52,199 bases of DNA, from positions 1-52,199 of IMG/VR virus record IMGVR_UViG_3300046011_003401; one strand, 5' to 3'. The notes beneath the pieces were generated by a model that searched no databases, was not told where the DNA came from, and saw only the letters and a list, made by a program, of their open reading frames with translations. This stretch comes from a virus. Its lineage: Duplodnaviria > Caudoviricetes. The position numbers and the translations under genes were made by a program. Each line of letters starts with the position of its first letter. Position 1 is the stretch's first letter. This document shows, one piece after another, positions 28,501 to 35,915 of the stretch.

Positions 28501-29627
28501 TCACTTACTTTTTAGTTGCCATAGATACAGCAGGTAATATTAGTGATATGTCTCATACAAATGCTGTTGTAAATCAACCACCAGATTATGTACTAACTGG
28601 TGATATTTACCGAGATAACTTTAATGTAACAACTTATGGTTCTAATACAGTAACTTCTACTAGAACTAATATAGTTAAATCCGATGCTTTAGGTACTACA
28701 GGTATTAATAAGCTTATTGGTCCTATGAGCCCTACTCAAACTTTTGAGACTCATTTTACTGGTAATTCTTGGACAATTATACAAGATCAACCAAATGCCG
28801 GATATCCTATATATGCACAACCATCAACAAATACTGGTACTTTAACAGAAGTTATTGACTATGGCATTATTTTTAATACCAATCAATATGTATCAATAGC
28901 TACTGATATATCTAATATATCTGGTACAACTGGTACATATCAAGTTATATTAAGTACAAGTACTGATGGTATTACATATACCTCTGCAAGTTCAGCAGTA
29001 CAACCAGGAACCAACATTAATACAACTTTCGGTGTATTTGCAAGTAGTTTTAGATATGTTAAAGTTGAGATAATTTTAAACTCTAATACTACTGGTATTG
29101 ACTTACTTCGTATCAATGATTACAGATTAAAATTAAGTATTAAATATACTAATGATGGTGGTAGTGGTCAAGTATCAGATAATGGAATCTATCAAATAAA
29201 TCTATCGGGTAGTGGAAGTGGTTATACCTCAATTCCTACAGTAACAATAGGTGGAAATGGTACTGGTGCTAAAGCTAGAGCAATTATATCTGGTGGAACG
29301 GTTACTGGTATTGAGGTAACTAACTCAGGTTCCGGCTATACCAGCATACTTCCAGCTAATATTACTATTACTGGCGGTGGCGGTGGCGGTGCTGTAGTTG
29401 CTTCAATCGTTAAAACATCCGCAACTTCAGGAACTATAGTTGCATTTAATTATGATTATTTAGATGTCAGTGGAATACAAATAACTTATGGTGGTACAAC
29501 ACCGGGAATAGCTATCTATGATTTTGTAGATACTACATATCCTAAGTTTTTTAGAGTATTATTATTTAATAATTCTGGTACTCCTATAACTGGTAACTTT
29601 TCATGGTCTGCAAAAGGAACAATATAA
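22545..29627 (+). CDS. central tail fibre / tip attachment protein, lambda gpJ-like, with N-terminal Hint domain, insertions and FN3 repeats
   Basis: VLDLVSEGEIGGL, DAEQFSSIP.RSY...G, WTDNPAWVFYDL.TN.RYGLG, EPRFTCNLY, GCTSQGQAHRLGKWLLYTE; many FN3-like W/Y repeats. Confidence 0.93.
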   Translation: MAQKEIIGSGGCFPQYAKVLTTSGYKNISEIVVGDEVISYNDTGRLATSVVEEVFFHKNNEVSKYTYWGGEIYATANHWVLNQLNSFSEIGNLSTHDCLVDSDGTLRPMIVSEEAGIEDVYNLSVVPDHTYIVDGIRVHNGGGGKGGGASRPAVEDPNTLRSKQFARVLDLVSEGEIGGLVSGDQSVFINDVPLQNADGTYNFRDSFIDVRTGTQNQAVISDLNSVENTINVSTRVERPKLLESTYPHATTATTSLTLTLANHGYLSGQTLYIASKTGTLPENIYTINSVTPDTYTITVPSATYVAGIVYANASLVNNIKTGTHAASTLGSTKTITKTAHGFQEGESIYLWAKEEQGVTYTIGKKGRRYTPAGDFFPLCVYTVKTVPTANTFTVLLDEPLALNASSVFMQRATGTVRSVTNLEADECYITMEVPQLTEQDTTTGDLHGSKVSFVINVKNSEPYSKYERVGLSYNTKNNGTLSGTEVTIRDLGTYNSTSGSSSVLYATPPPDANSGTMYMYGNTNRRQSVAIKGYSVYTETEDAIASQLVLGWRTTSNKQQNISIGVYKRLVGATNWEIHATVAFTGKNETRTTASQGFGITNSVSVPVYTTKTVLVEHTLAIYEYKCEVIGVAQGLFGFTNRSYTVAFDTLGVIEGKTLAKYQRGYTVPLRGEGPWQVQVIRVEEESVKASISNELYWSTYTEVVKAKLNYPNSAMMYCAIDAEQFSSIPSRSYEIYGIKCKIPSNYDPLNRTYTGFWDGTFVVDWTDNPAWVFYDLITNTRYGLGDIVTGSLVDKWTLYSIAQYCDGSVPTGLGISGVVVGSISGTTLTITNRKNLSSIGVGSIVTGFGIEECTITALGTGTGGIGTYTISKAQSVPVGSSINIIIDDVEPRFTCNLYLQTREDAYKVVSNLASIFRGMVFWSTGLVTASQDSPKSVDAIYTAANVIDGTFTYTGTSAKTRHNVVLVSWNNPKNGYAIEVEYVQDEASILQNGIIQTELSAMGCTSQGQAHRLGKWLLYTEQYETETVSFKTGLDGLLCQPGDVIQTQDPFRSGIRLGGRVAAVQYNTGTNVIVTVDNPIKFTTGKTYTALFTKDDGTVISLPLSNISNNQNQIDLIVNTTQSFIIPVGSVWIVSVSDLALQSWRVVSISEPSKGVMGITALSYNEEKFNNIEYNHRLQPKKINTQTLVPEPVENITITEHMYLIAPQVLSNILSISWESPDTTIDTYQVTYKNITTNSNEVVVYSNLPNIEISSISEAEYTISVQAINSLGTKSQKTEVNHVVVGKTVNPADITNFNSSLANDGLTLSWSAVPDLDIEYYEIRYGTWGLDSANAAIYRGKDTQVTLSTKTYVSGKTHLFYIKAKDTSGNWSASYTLSGSLIDNTTAKILLTKTPAPAILPILVTNSVSSVSNIIALPNPATNAQLSLNGNILKVSWSAPVVNSNNISTYGYRIFVTSNGVESAVAEVTGTSYEYLWLDNILSKTFRIETIDNSGQSSLPDLSISKTFTLPNQVNGITSTFSANKLTLKWTAPVVDSTDAATKLYRIYIDSVAIAEVTGTTYEYTWADKNLSRTFSIETVDIINNVSPRASVTIPVLVPAAPTGLTNTLTGTTLRSTWNHSVLASNSFPIAKYNIYFGDVGNPIKIGETVANSYSLEWTYGAGTKAIHIEAVDINGNVSNTRTTVTTAIVPPNAPSNISATMKESKLLFSWNPATTAINSLPIEYYELREGGTTWENATFVANIPASINILQYLYGITNVTELSTVPVGTLKYNQAKVFRIASKDTFGLASTTQTTVSVTLTKPSAINSLNVNIVGQFINAAWTSIITGTLLDVFTLPIDRYEIRATRSANVDETAWNNATSLASLSGSAIALDPPINPSVDPLNNADGTWYYLIRAYDSFNTAGALANKQLTITKPTKPLNFFNKVIDNNILLNWEDSAQHSFPIATFMLKKSFSPLATYTQAETIGTKSGNFTTVFEETSGNFTYFLVAIDTAGNISDMSHTNAVVNQPPDYVLTGDIYRDNFNVTTYGSNTVTSTRTNIVKSDALGTTGINKLIGPMSPTQTFETHFTGNSWTIIQDQPNAGYPIYAQPSTNTGTLTEVIDYGIIFNTNQYVSIATDISNISGTTGTYQVILSTSTDGITYTSASSAVQPGTNINTTFGVFASSFRYVKVEIILNSNTTGIDLLRINDYRLKLSIKYTNDGGSGQVSDNGIYQINLSGSGSGYTSIPTVTIGGNGTGAKARAIISGGTVTGIEVTNSGSGYTSILPANITITGGGGGGAVVASIVKTSATSGTIVAFNYDYLDVSGIQITYGGTTPGIAIYDFVDTTYPKFFRVLLFNNSGTPITGNFSWSAKGTI
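22578..22964 (+). other. 129-aa Hint (mini-intein / bacterial intein-like) domain with Gly at +1
   Basis: block A CFPQYAKV, block B T.NH, block F DVYNLSV..DHTY, block G VHN; flanks GSGG|C and HN|GGGGKGG. Confidence 0.9.
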
Positions 29628-29630
29628 AAT

Positions 29631-31190
29631 ATGCCATCAGCTAATTGGAATCTACCGACCCTAACTAGTACCTACTCCAACTTTGTATCAGAACTAAATT
29701 CTAAATTAGATGATTTAGCACTAGGTTTAGATACTACACCTACTAACCTTCCCACTGGAGCAATCCAGTGGAAGGGGGCTAGTAATAAGTGGCAAAAGTG
29801 GAGTGGTACAGCATGGGCCGATCTTTCAAGTACTTATGCAATAAATGTAAGTACAGCAAATTCATGGAGTACTCCAAGAACTATTGCACTAACAGGTGAT
29901 GTTACTTACTCTACTACTATTAATGGTAGTGCCAATGTAACATCAGCCGCAACTTTAGCAACTGTGAATGCTGCAGTGGGTACCTATGGTTCCACTACAG
30001 TAGTACCAGTAATTACAGTAAATGCTAAAGGTTTAATAACTAATGTAAGCTCAGCAAGTCTAGCAAGCATGGCTACTCAAGCTGCATCATCAGTAGCAAT
30101 TACTGGAGGTACATTAGCTGGAATTACATCCCTTAATATACCTACAGGAGCTGGATCTACTTCCGAAGGTTTAGTTCAATGGGACACAGTTAATGATAAA
30201 TTAACTATTGGAACAGGAGCAGCTACTAAAACTTTTGTAGATTTAGATTCTGCTCAAAGTTTAAGTGGTAAACTCTTTGTAACTCAAGTTGCTGGTAATA
30301 GTAGTTTGCTACCAGCAACAACAGAGTTTGTAACTACTGCTAATAATTTAAAAGCTAATCTAGCTAGTCCTAGTTTTACAGGTACTCCAGTAGCACCTAC
30401 CCCACCAATCTTAGATAATACTACTAAGATTGCTACTACTGCATATGTTAATGCCAATGCCTTAATGTTGCAAGCAGACATTGGAGCGAGTATAAATTTA
30501 GATACTAGAACCAGTAATGGTGTATTTCATCAACCAACAGCTGCAAATGCTACAGTTTTATTAAATTATCCAGTAGCTTTAGCAGGTAAATTAGAGGTAT
30601 ATGTAAATGCAACTATAAATGCAGTCTATCAATACTATCATGTAGCTAATACTACGGATATTTATGTTAGAGCTAAACTTGGTGTAGGTGCTTTTACTAG
30701 TTGGAGCAGGTTGGCAAAAACTACAGATACTGTAACTGCAGCAACTTCTACAACCCATATTTTGGGTGGTGCTGCCAATCGAATAGTAGTTCAGTCTGGT
30801 GTAGGTAGTACTGGATTTGTAGCTGCTCCAACTATAACAAATACTTCTGTAATTTGGAATGGTTCATCCCTAGGTTGGGGTAATCCCCTAGCTACTGGTA
30901 TTTTAGGTGGTGCTAATAATCGCATAGTATTTCAATCAGGCGTAGATACTACTAGTTTTGTAGCAGCACCAACTATAGCAAATACAGCATTGATTTGGAA
31001 TGGTTCATCACTGGGTTGGGGTAGTAGTAAGGCAACAGTAGCAGATGATACTATGTATGAAAATGCTCAAACAATACTTTCATCCTATTCTATAACATTT
31101 GGAAAATCTGCTATGTCAGTAGGACCTATTACTATAGATTCAAATGTTACAGTTACAATTCCTAGTACATCACGATGGGTAATATTATAA
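29631..31190 (+). CDS. tail fibre protein with knob-like domain and 47-aa tandem repeat
   Basis: KANLASPSFTGTP.APT fibre motif; NLD....G.FHQ...NYP..AG.LEV knob; repeat at 30759-31022; C-terminal GPITI..VTVTIPS..RWVIL. Confidence 0.8.
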   Translation: MPSANWNLPTLTSTYSNFVSELNSKLDDLALGLDTTPTNLPTGAIQWKGASNKWQKWSGTAWADLSSTYAINVSTANSWSTPRTIALTGDVTYSTTINGSANVTSAATLATVNAAVGTYGSTTVVPVITVNAKGLITNVSSASLASMATQAASSVAITGGTLAGITSLNIPTGAGSTSEGLVQWDTVNDKLTIGTGAATKTFVDLDSAQSLSGKLFVTQVAGNSSLLPATTEFVTTANNLKANLASPSFTGTPVAPTPPILDNTTKIATTAYVNANALMLQADIGASINLDTRTSNGVFHQPTAANATVLLNYPVALAGKLEVYVNATINAVYQYYHVANTTDIYVRAKLGVGAFTSWSRLAKTTDTVTAATSTTHILGGAANRIVVQSGVGSTGFVAAPTITNTSVIWNGSSLGWGNPLATGILGGANNRIVFQSGVDTTSFVAAPTIANTALIWNGSSLGWGSSKATVADDTMYENAQTILSSYSITFGKSAMSVGPITIDSNVTVTIPSTSRWVIL

Positions 31191-31200
31191 CTTATAATAT

Positions 31201-31254
31201 AAGTTGGGGGTAAATATTTTTATCCTTGACTTAAAGTACCATAGCTGTTATAAT
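31201..31254 (+). promoter_or_regulatory. G-U-rich hairpin overlapping a promoter
   Basis: AAGTTGGGGGTAAA pairs with TTTATCCTTGACTT; TTGACT (31226)-N17-TATAAT (31249). Confidence 0.7.
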
Positions 31255-31279
31255 TAATAAAATCAAAAAAGGATAAATC

Positions 31280-31714
31280 ATGGCAGGAACGGTAATAGCA
31301 GATATAGTACAAGCGGCTTCAACAAGCCAATTAAATATTAAAAATGGCGTTGCATTAACTCCGCCTACAATTGCTGATGTCAATAATGTGCAAATAGGTA
31401 CATTCTGTCGTGCTTGGATAAATTTTAACGGCACAGGTACTCCAGCCGCAAGGGCTTCATTCAATGTAAGCTCTATTACTGATAATGGAGTTGGTACATA
31501 TACAGTTAATTTCACAAACGCAATGCCAGACATAAATTTTGCTTGTGTTGGTGCTTGTGCATCTTTAACTGCACGAAATGGTATGACTGTTCAAATCACC
31601 AGACAAAATGCTACTACTGTTGCAAATACAACAACTACTCAAAGAATTTGGGTGGTAGATGATGCAGGTAATAATGGCGATGTGGATCATGTTAGTGTTG
31701 CATTTTTTAGATAA
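31280..31714 (+). CDS. small fibre-tip-like beta protein
   Basis: CRAWINFNGT...ASFNVSSITDNGVG.YTVNFTNAM.D.NF...VAFFR, typical of phage fibre C-terminal modules. Confidence 0.65.
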   Translation: MAGTVIADIVQAASTSQLNIKNGVALTPPTIADVNNVQIGTFCRAWINFNGTGTPAARASFNVSSITDNGVGTYTVNFTNAMPDINFACVGACASLTARNGMTVQITRQNATTVANTTTTQRIWVVDDAGNNGDVDHVSVAFFR

Positions 31715-31723
31715 GGATAAATC

Positions 31724-32317
31724 ATGGCTTCAGTAGTTATTAGTGGTGATACAAGCGGTTCAGTTACATTATCTGCACCGACAGTAGCAGGTTCATCAAC
31801 ACAGACCTTGGTTGCGGCAACAGGCACATTAGCACCATTAGTGCATGGTACAACAATAGCAGCTGCTGGGCAAACAAGTATAGACTTCACCGGCATACCA
31901 AGCTGGGTAAAACGAGTTACTGTAATGTTTCAAGGATTATCTACAAATGGTACTTCACCCGTGCGTATTAGAATTGGACGCACTACTTTAGTTACAACTG
32001 GATATGTGGGTGGAATGATTACATACAATACAAACTCTTTGGAAGGCAGTGGTGCAGTAACGGATGGCTTTCCTGTGGACATTGCCAATGCTAGTTCGTC
32101 TGCGACAACTGCTAGGCATGGGCTTGTAACAATAACTAACATAAGCGGGAATTCGTATGTCGCAACAAGCGTTATTGGTTTTTCACCAGGCGGTTTGGTA
32201 GGAGCTAATGGTGGTAGCAGTGTTACTGCTAACGGAGTTATAGATAGACTAAGTATTACCACAGTAATCGGCACTCAAACATTTGACGCTGGTTCAATCA
32301 ACATAATGTACGAATAG
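31724..32317 (+). CDS. small fibre-tip-like beta protein
   Basis: ISGDTSGSVTLSAPTVAG N-terminus; SIDFTGIPSWVKRVTV...FDAGSINIMYE. Confidence 0.65.
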   Translation: MASVVISGDTSGSVTLSAPTVAGSSTQTLVAATGTLAPLVHGTTIAAAGQTSIDFTGIPSWVKRVTVMFQGLSTNGTSPVRIRIGRTTLVTTGYVGGMITYNTNSLEGSGAVTDGFPVDIANASSSATTARHGLVTITNISGNSYVATSVIGFSPGGLVGANGGSSVTANGVIDRLSITTVIGTQTFDAGSINIMYE

Positions 32318-32325
32318 GATAAATC

Positions 32326-32694
32326 ATGGCAGTTACAATAGACGGAAGTGCAAATACTATTAGTGCAAGAGCAACATTAGGTGCTACCAGTATATCTTGG
32401 ACTAACCTTATAACTCGATCTGTAAATACTTGGTATAGTCCAACAGTAGATTCTTATGTTACTGTAAGAGGGCTAGGTTCGTTTAGAAATGGATTAGATG
32501 TTTTAGCTGGTTCAAGCACTACGGTAAATACCATGATTGCAACATTAGGTGATGATATAAATAATAATACAAAAGGATTTTCATTCGGGTTTCCTGTAAA
32601 AGCTGGCGCATTTTATTTTATTCGCTCACCATCTACTTTTGTAGGAACTGATGCTTTTGAAACTGTAAATATTTATGAAGCGCCTATGTCATAA
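32326..32694 (+). CDS. small fibre-tip-like beta protein
   Basis: MAVTIDGS start; RSVNTWY...F.FPVKAGAFY motif; same RBS junction as its neighbours. Confidence 0.6.
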   Translation: MAVTIDGSANTISARATLGATSISWTNLITRSVNTWYSPTVDSYVTVRGLGSFRNGLDVLAGSSTTVNTMIATLGDDINNNTKGFSFGFPVKAGAFYFIRSPSTFVGTDAFETVNIYEAPMS

Positions 32695-32703
32695 GGATAA
32701 ACA

Positions 32704-32898
32704 ATGAAACGAATTATATATAAAACAGATAGTGGTGGTGTAGCAGTAATAATTCCTACTGCCGAATGGTTAGAACTTAACACTATTCAGCAACTAGCAG
32801 TCAAAGATGTACCAGCAGGTGCTGAGTATAAAATTGTAAATGCCTCCGATATTCCGTCTGACAGAACATTCCGTGACGCTTGGGAGTATGAAGTATGA
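32704..32898 (+). CDS. putative tail fibre assembly protein (part 1)
   Basis: RIIY....GVAVIIP...KDVPAG..YKIV..SDIPSDRTFRDAWE. Confidence 0.6.
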   Translation: MKRIIYKTDSGGVAVIIPTAEWLELNTIQQLAVKDVPAGAEYKIVNASDIPSDRTFRDAWEYEV

Positions 32899-33116
32899 TA
32901 GTTATTAATTTTGATAAAGCTAAAGAAATAACCAAGGCAAGACTTCGTGCAGAACGTGCGCCTTTGCTACAAGCTCAAGATGTGGCATTTCAATGGGCAT
33001 TAGAGTCTGGCGCTGATACTTCAGCTATCGTAACCGAGAAACAACGCTTGCGAGATATTACCAATGAAGTAGATACAGTTACTACACTAGAAGATTTAAA
33101 AGCTATTAGCTGCTAA
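32895..33116 (+). CDS. putative tail fibre assembly chaperone (part 2)
   Basis: KAKEITK.RLRAERAPLL...D....ALE...KQRLRDIT; ATGA-coupled. Confidence 0.65.
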   Translation: MIVINFDKAKEITKARLRAERAPLLQAQDVAFQWALESGADTSAIVTEKQRLRDITNEVDTVTTLEDLKAISC

Positions 33117-33129
33117 TAAAGGATTTAAA

Positions 33130-33420
33130 ATGTTAAATAAAATATTCTTACATATAAGAAAGATACTAGATACCATTTATATACACAATAATTATATTCC
33201 GGCAGATAAGCAGCGACACTTTATTAGTGGTGCAGTTGGTGGAATCTTATTATATTTATTTTTAGGTATATATAGTATATTAGTTATTTCTATTATTGCA
33301 GCAGCTAAAGAAGCAAATGATTATTTATATAAAGATACTCATACACCAGATATATTTGATTGGATAGCAACTACTGTTGGAAGCATAGTTAGCGTAGCAA
33401 TATTATTTTACATTTTGTAA
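33130..33420 (+). CDS. small membrane protein (DKxxH...KE..D...D..A, VanZ-like pattern)
   Basis: DKQRHFISG, hydrophobic segments, AAAKEANDY, DWIATTVG. Confidence 0.6.
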   Translation: MLNKIFLHIRKILDTIYIHNNYIPADKQRHFISGAVGGILLYLFLGIYSILVISIIAAAKEANDYLYKDTHTPDIFDWIATTVGSIVSVAILFYIL

Positions 33421-33424
33421 GTAT

Positions 33425-33498
33425 AAAAAATACCCCTCTATAGAAATATAGCGGGGTATTTTTTTATCCTTGACTTAACCTCCCATAGCTGGTATACT
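33425..33498 (+). promoter_or_regulatory. terminator-promoter cassette
   Basis: AAAAAATACCCC...GGGGTATTTTTT then ATCC-TTGACT (33470)-N17-TATACT (33493). Confidence 0.8.
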
Positions 33499-33532
33499 AT
33501 TTAAAATCATAGAAAATATACATAGGGGTTAT

Positions 33533-33742
33533 ATGAATATTATTTTAAATAATAATAAACTAGAGTCACTAGTGATAGGCGGTACTGGTCCTATGGGCCC
33601 TATGGGATATTTATCAAGTAGCCCTGACGTTGATACAACTAGTTTACAAGATGGATCTGTATTGGTTTACAAATCTTTAACACATAAATGGACTTCTTCT
33701 ACATTATTGAATTTACAAAATGTAGATGGTGGCGAATTTTAA
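33533..33742 (+). CDS. short fibre-associated protein ending in NVDGGEF
   Basis: collagen-like GTGPMGPMG; DVDTTSLQDGSVLVY....KW fibre motif. Confidence 0.65.
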   Translation: MNIILNNNKLESLVIGGTGPMGPMGYLSSSPDVDTTSLQDGSVLVYKSLTHKWTSSTLLNLQNVDGGEF

Positions 33743-33756
33743 CGGAGAAATAAATA

Positions 33757-35883
33757 ATGGCTTCAATTTTACGCATAAAAAGGTCCTCTGTTAGCGGAAA
33801 CCCAGCAACTCTTGCTGCCGGTGAGTTAGCTTACTCGGCTCTTACAGATACTGGTAGTAATGGTGGTGAACGTCTATACTTAGGTATGGGTACTGAAACT
33901 GCTGGAAATGCTGCTAATCATCTAGTTATAGGTGGTACTGCATTTACTAATTTATTAGACCATGCACCTGGTACACTAACAGCTAGTTCAGCTTTAATTA
34001 CTGATTCTAGTAGTAAACTAGATAACATCAAAGTAGATAATATTGACCTTAATGGCAATACTATTAGTACTTTAGATACTAATGGCAATTTAGTACTAAA
34101 TCCCAACGGTACGGGTATGGTTCAAATTGCTGGTACATGGACACTTCCACGAAGTGCTGGTACCAATGGATATGCTCTTATTACAAACGGTACTTCTTCA
34201 GCTTCATGGGTACAGATTAGTACTAATCTAACCGTTGCTGGTGATACTGGTTCCGATGTAGTATCATTAGTTACTGATACACTAACCTTTGCCGGTGGCA
34301 CAGGAATCACATCTACAGTTACTAATAATAATGTAGATTTTAGTATTGATAATACAGTAGCTACTTTAACTGGTACTCAGACTCTAACTAATAAAACTAT
34401 AAATTTAGCAAACAATACTTTAACCGCTACATCAGCTGAATTAGCCACTGCAATTAGTGATGAAACAGGTTCAGGTTCTCTAGTTTTTGCAACTAGTCCA
34501 AGTTTAGTAACACCAGTACTTGGTGTTGCAACAGCTACTTCAATTAATAAATTAACTATTACTGCACCTACTACTTCAGCAACACTAAGTCTTGCGGATG
34601 GTAGTACATTTGGTACAGTAGGAGCTTTTTCAACTACGCTAACAGCTACTGGAATTACAGCTCTTACACTCCCAACCTCAGGTACTTTGTCAACTTTAGC
34701 AGGTTCAGAATCATTAACTAATAAAACAATTGGTAGTGGTTCAACATATCAAGGTAATACAGTTGCCGTTGGTTATGGTGGTACAGGTACTACTAATGGT
34801 TCTATTACTGGTACAGGTGCTTTAACTTATACTGCTGGTGGTACAAATGCAAATATTAATCTAGTTCCAACTGGTACTGGTACTGTTGATGTAGCAAGTA
34901 AACGTATAACAAATCTTGCAGATCCAACAGGTGCACAAGATGCAGCTACTAAACAGTATGTAGATAGTGTAGCTCAAGGTCTAGATCCTAAGGATTCATG
35001 TCTAGTAGCTACAACTGCAAATATTACCTTATCAGGTACACAAACTATTGATGGTGTAGCTGTTGTTGCTGGTGATAGAGTATTGGTTAAAAATCAAACT
35101 CTACCACAAGCTAATGGTATCTATGTAGTTGCAGCAGGGTCTTGGACACGTGCAACTGACCTAAACCTTTGGGTAAAAGTTCCAAATGCATTTACATTTG
35201 TTGAAACAGGTACAACACAGTCTGATACTGGTTGGGTTTCAACATCAAATGCTGGTGGTACTCTTGATACTACGGCTATTACTTTTGTTCAGTTTAGTGG
35301 TGCTGGTACTTACTTAGCTGGTGATGGTCTTACATTAACGGGTAGTACATTTGACGTAATAGGTACAGCAGATAGAATATCTGTAGCTGCTAACTCTGTT
35401 GATATTGCATCAACATATGTTGGTCAGTCCTCTATTACTACTTTAGGTACAATAGGTACTGGTACTTGGCAAGCAAGTATAGTTAGTCCAACTTATGGTG
35501 GTACAGGTATTAATAATGGTACTAAAACTATTACTCTTGGTGGCAATTTTACACATACCGGGGCACATACTTTAGGCTTAACTACTACAGGGGCTACCTC
35601 TGTAACTCTACCAACTACAGGTACTCTAGCTACTTTAGCAGGTTCAGAATCTCTAAGCAATAAGACAATTACAGTATCAAGTTTTTCAGGAACTACAGTA
35701 GCTGCATCTGGATTATCAACATTTACAAATACTACAGATGCTTCAAGCTTAACTACAGCAGCTGTAATATTATCTGGTGGTCTAGCAGTTACTAAACAAA
35801 TATTTGTTGGTACACATTTAACAGGTGCAGGAGCCGCTACATCAACCTTAAGTGGTTTCGATATTGATGGTGGTACGTACTAA
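33757..35883 (+). CDS. long fibre protein with Mtd-N-like N-terminus, ending in DIDGGTY
   Basis: ILRIKRS....P.TLAAGELAY; LTGTQTLTNKT repeats; DAATKQYVD..AQGLD.KDS..VATTANITLSG.QTIDGV....GDRVLVKNQ. Confidence 0.8.
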   Translation: MASILRIKRSSVSGNPATLAAGELAYSALTDTGSNGGERLYLGMGTETAGNAANHLVIGGTAFTNLLDHAPGTLTASSALITDSSSKLDNIKVDNIDLNGNTISTLDTNGNLVLNPNGTGMVQIAGTWTLPRSAGTNGYALITNGTSSASWVQISTNLTVAGDTGSDVVSLVTDTLTFAGGTGITSTVTNNNVDFSIDNTVATLTGTQTLTNKTINLANNTLTATSAELATAISDETGSGSLVFATSPSLVTPVLGVATATSINKLTITAPTTSATLSLADGSTFGTVGAFSTTLTATGITALTLPTSGTLSTLAGSESLTNKTIGSGSTYQGNTVAVGYGGTGTTNGSITGTGALTYTAGGTNANINLVPTGTGTVDVASKRITNLADPTGAQDAATKQYVDSVAQGLDPKDSCLVATTANITLSGTQTIDGVAVVAGDRVLVKNQTLPQANGIYVVAAGSWTRATDLNLWVKVPNAFTFVETGTTQSDTGWVSTSNAGGTLDTTAITFVQFSGAGTYLAGDGLTLTGSTFDVIGTADRISVAANSVDIASTYVGQSSITTLGTIGTGTWQASIVSPTYGGTGINNGTKTITLGGNFTHTGAHTLGLTTTGATSVTLPTTGTLATLAGSESLSNKTITVSSFSGTTVAASGLSTFTNTTDASSLTTAAVILSGGLAVTKQIFVGTHLTGAGAATSTLSGFDIDGGTY

Positions 35884-35915
35884 ACCCAGCTATATAGCTA
35901 AATAAGGGAAGCCAC

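Noticed and set aside
31271-32330. CRISPR array, shufflon or integron explanation for the GGATAAATCATGGC repeats
   Set aside because: The repeats are direct RBS/start junctions separated by whole genes; no cas, invertase, integrase or attC-like structure.
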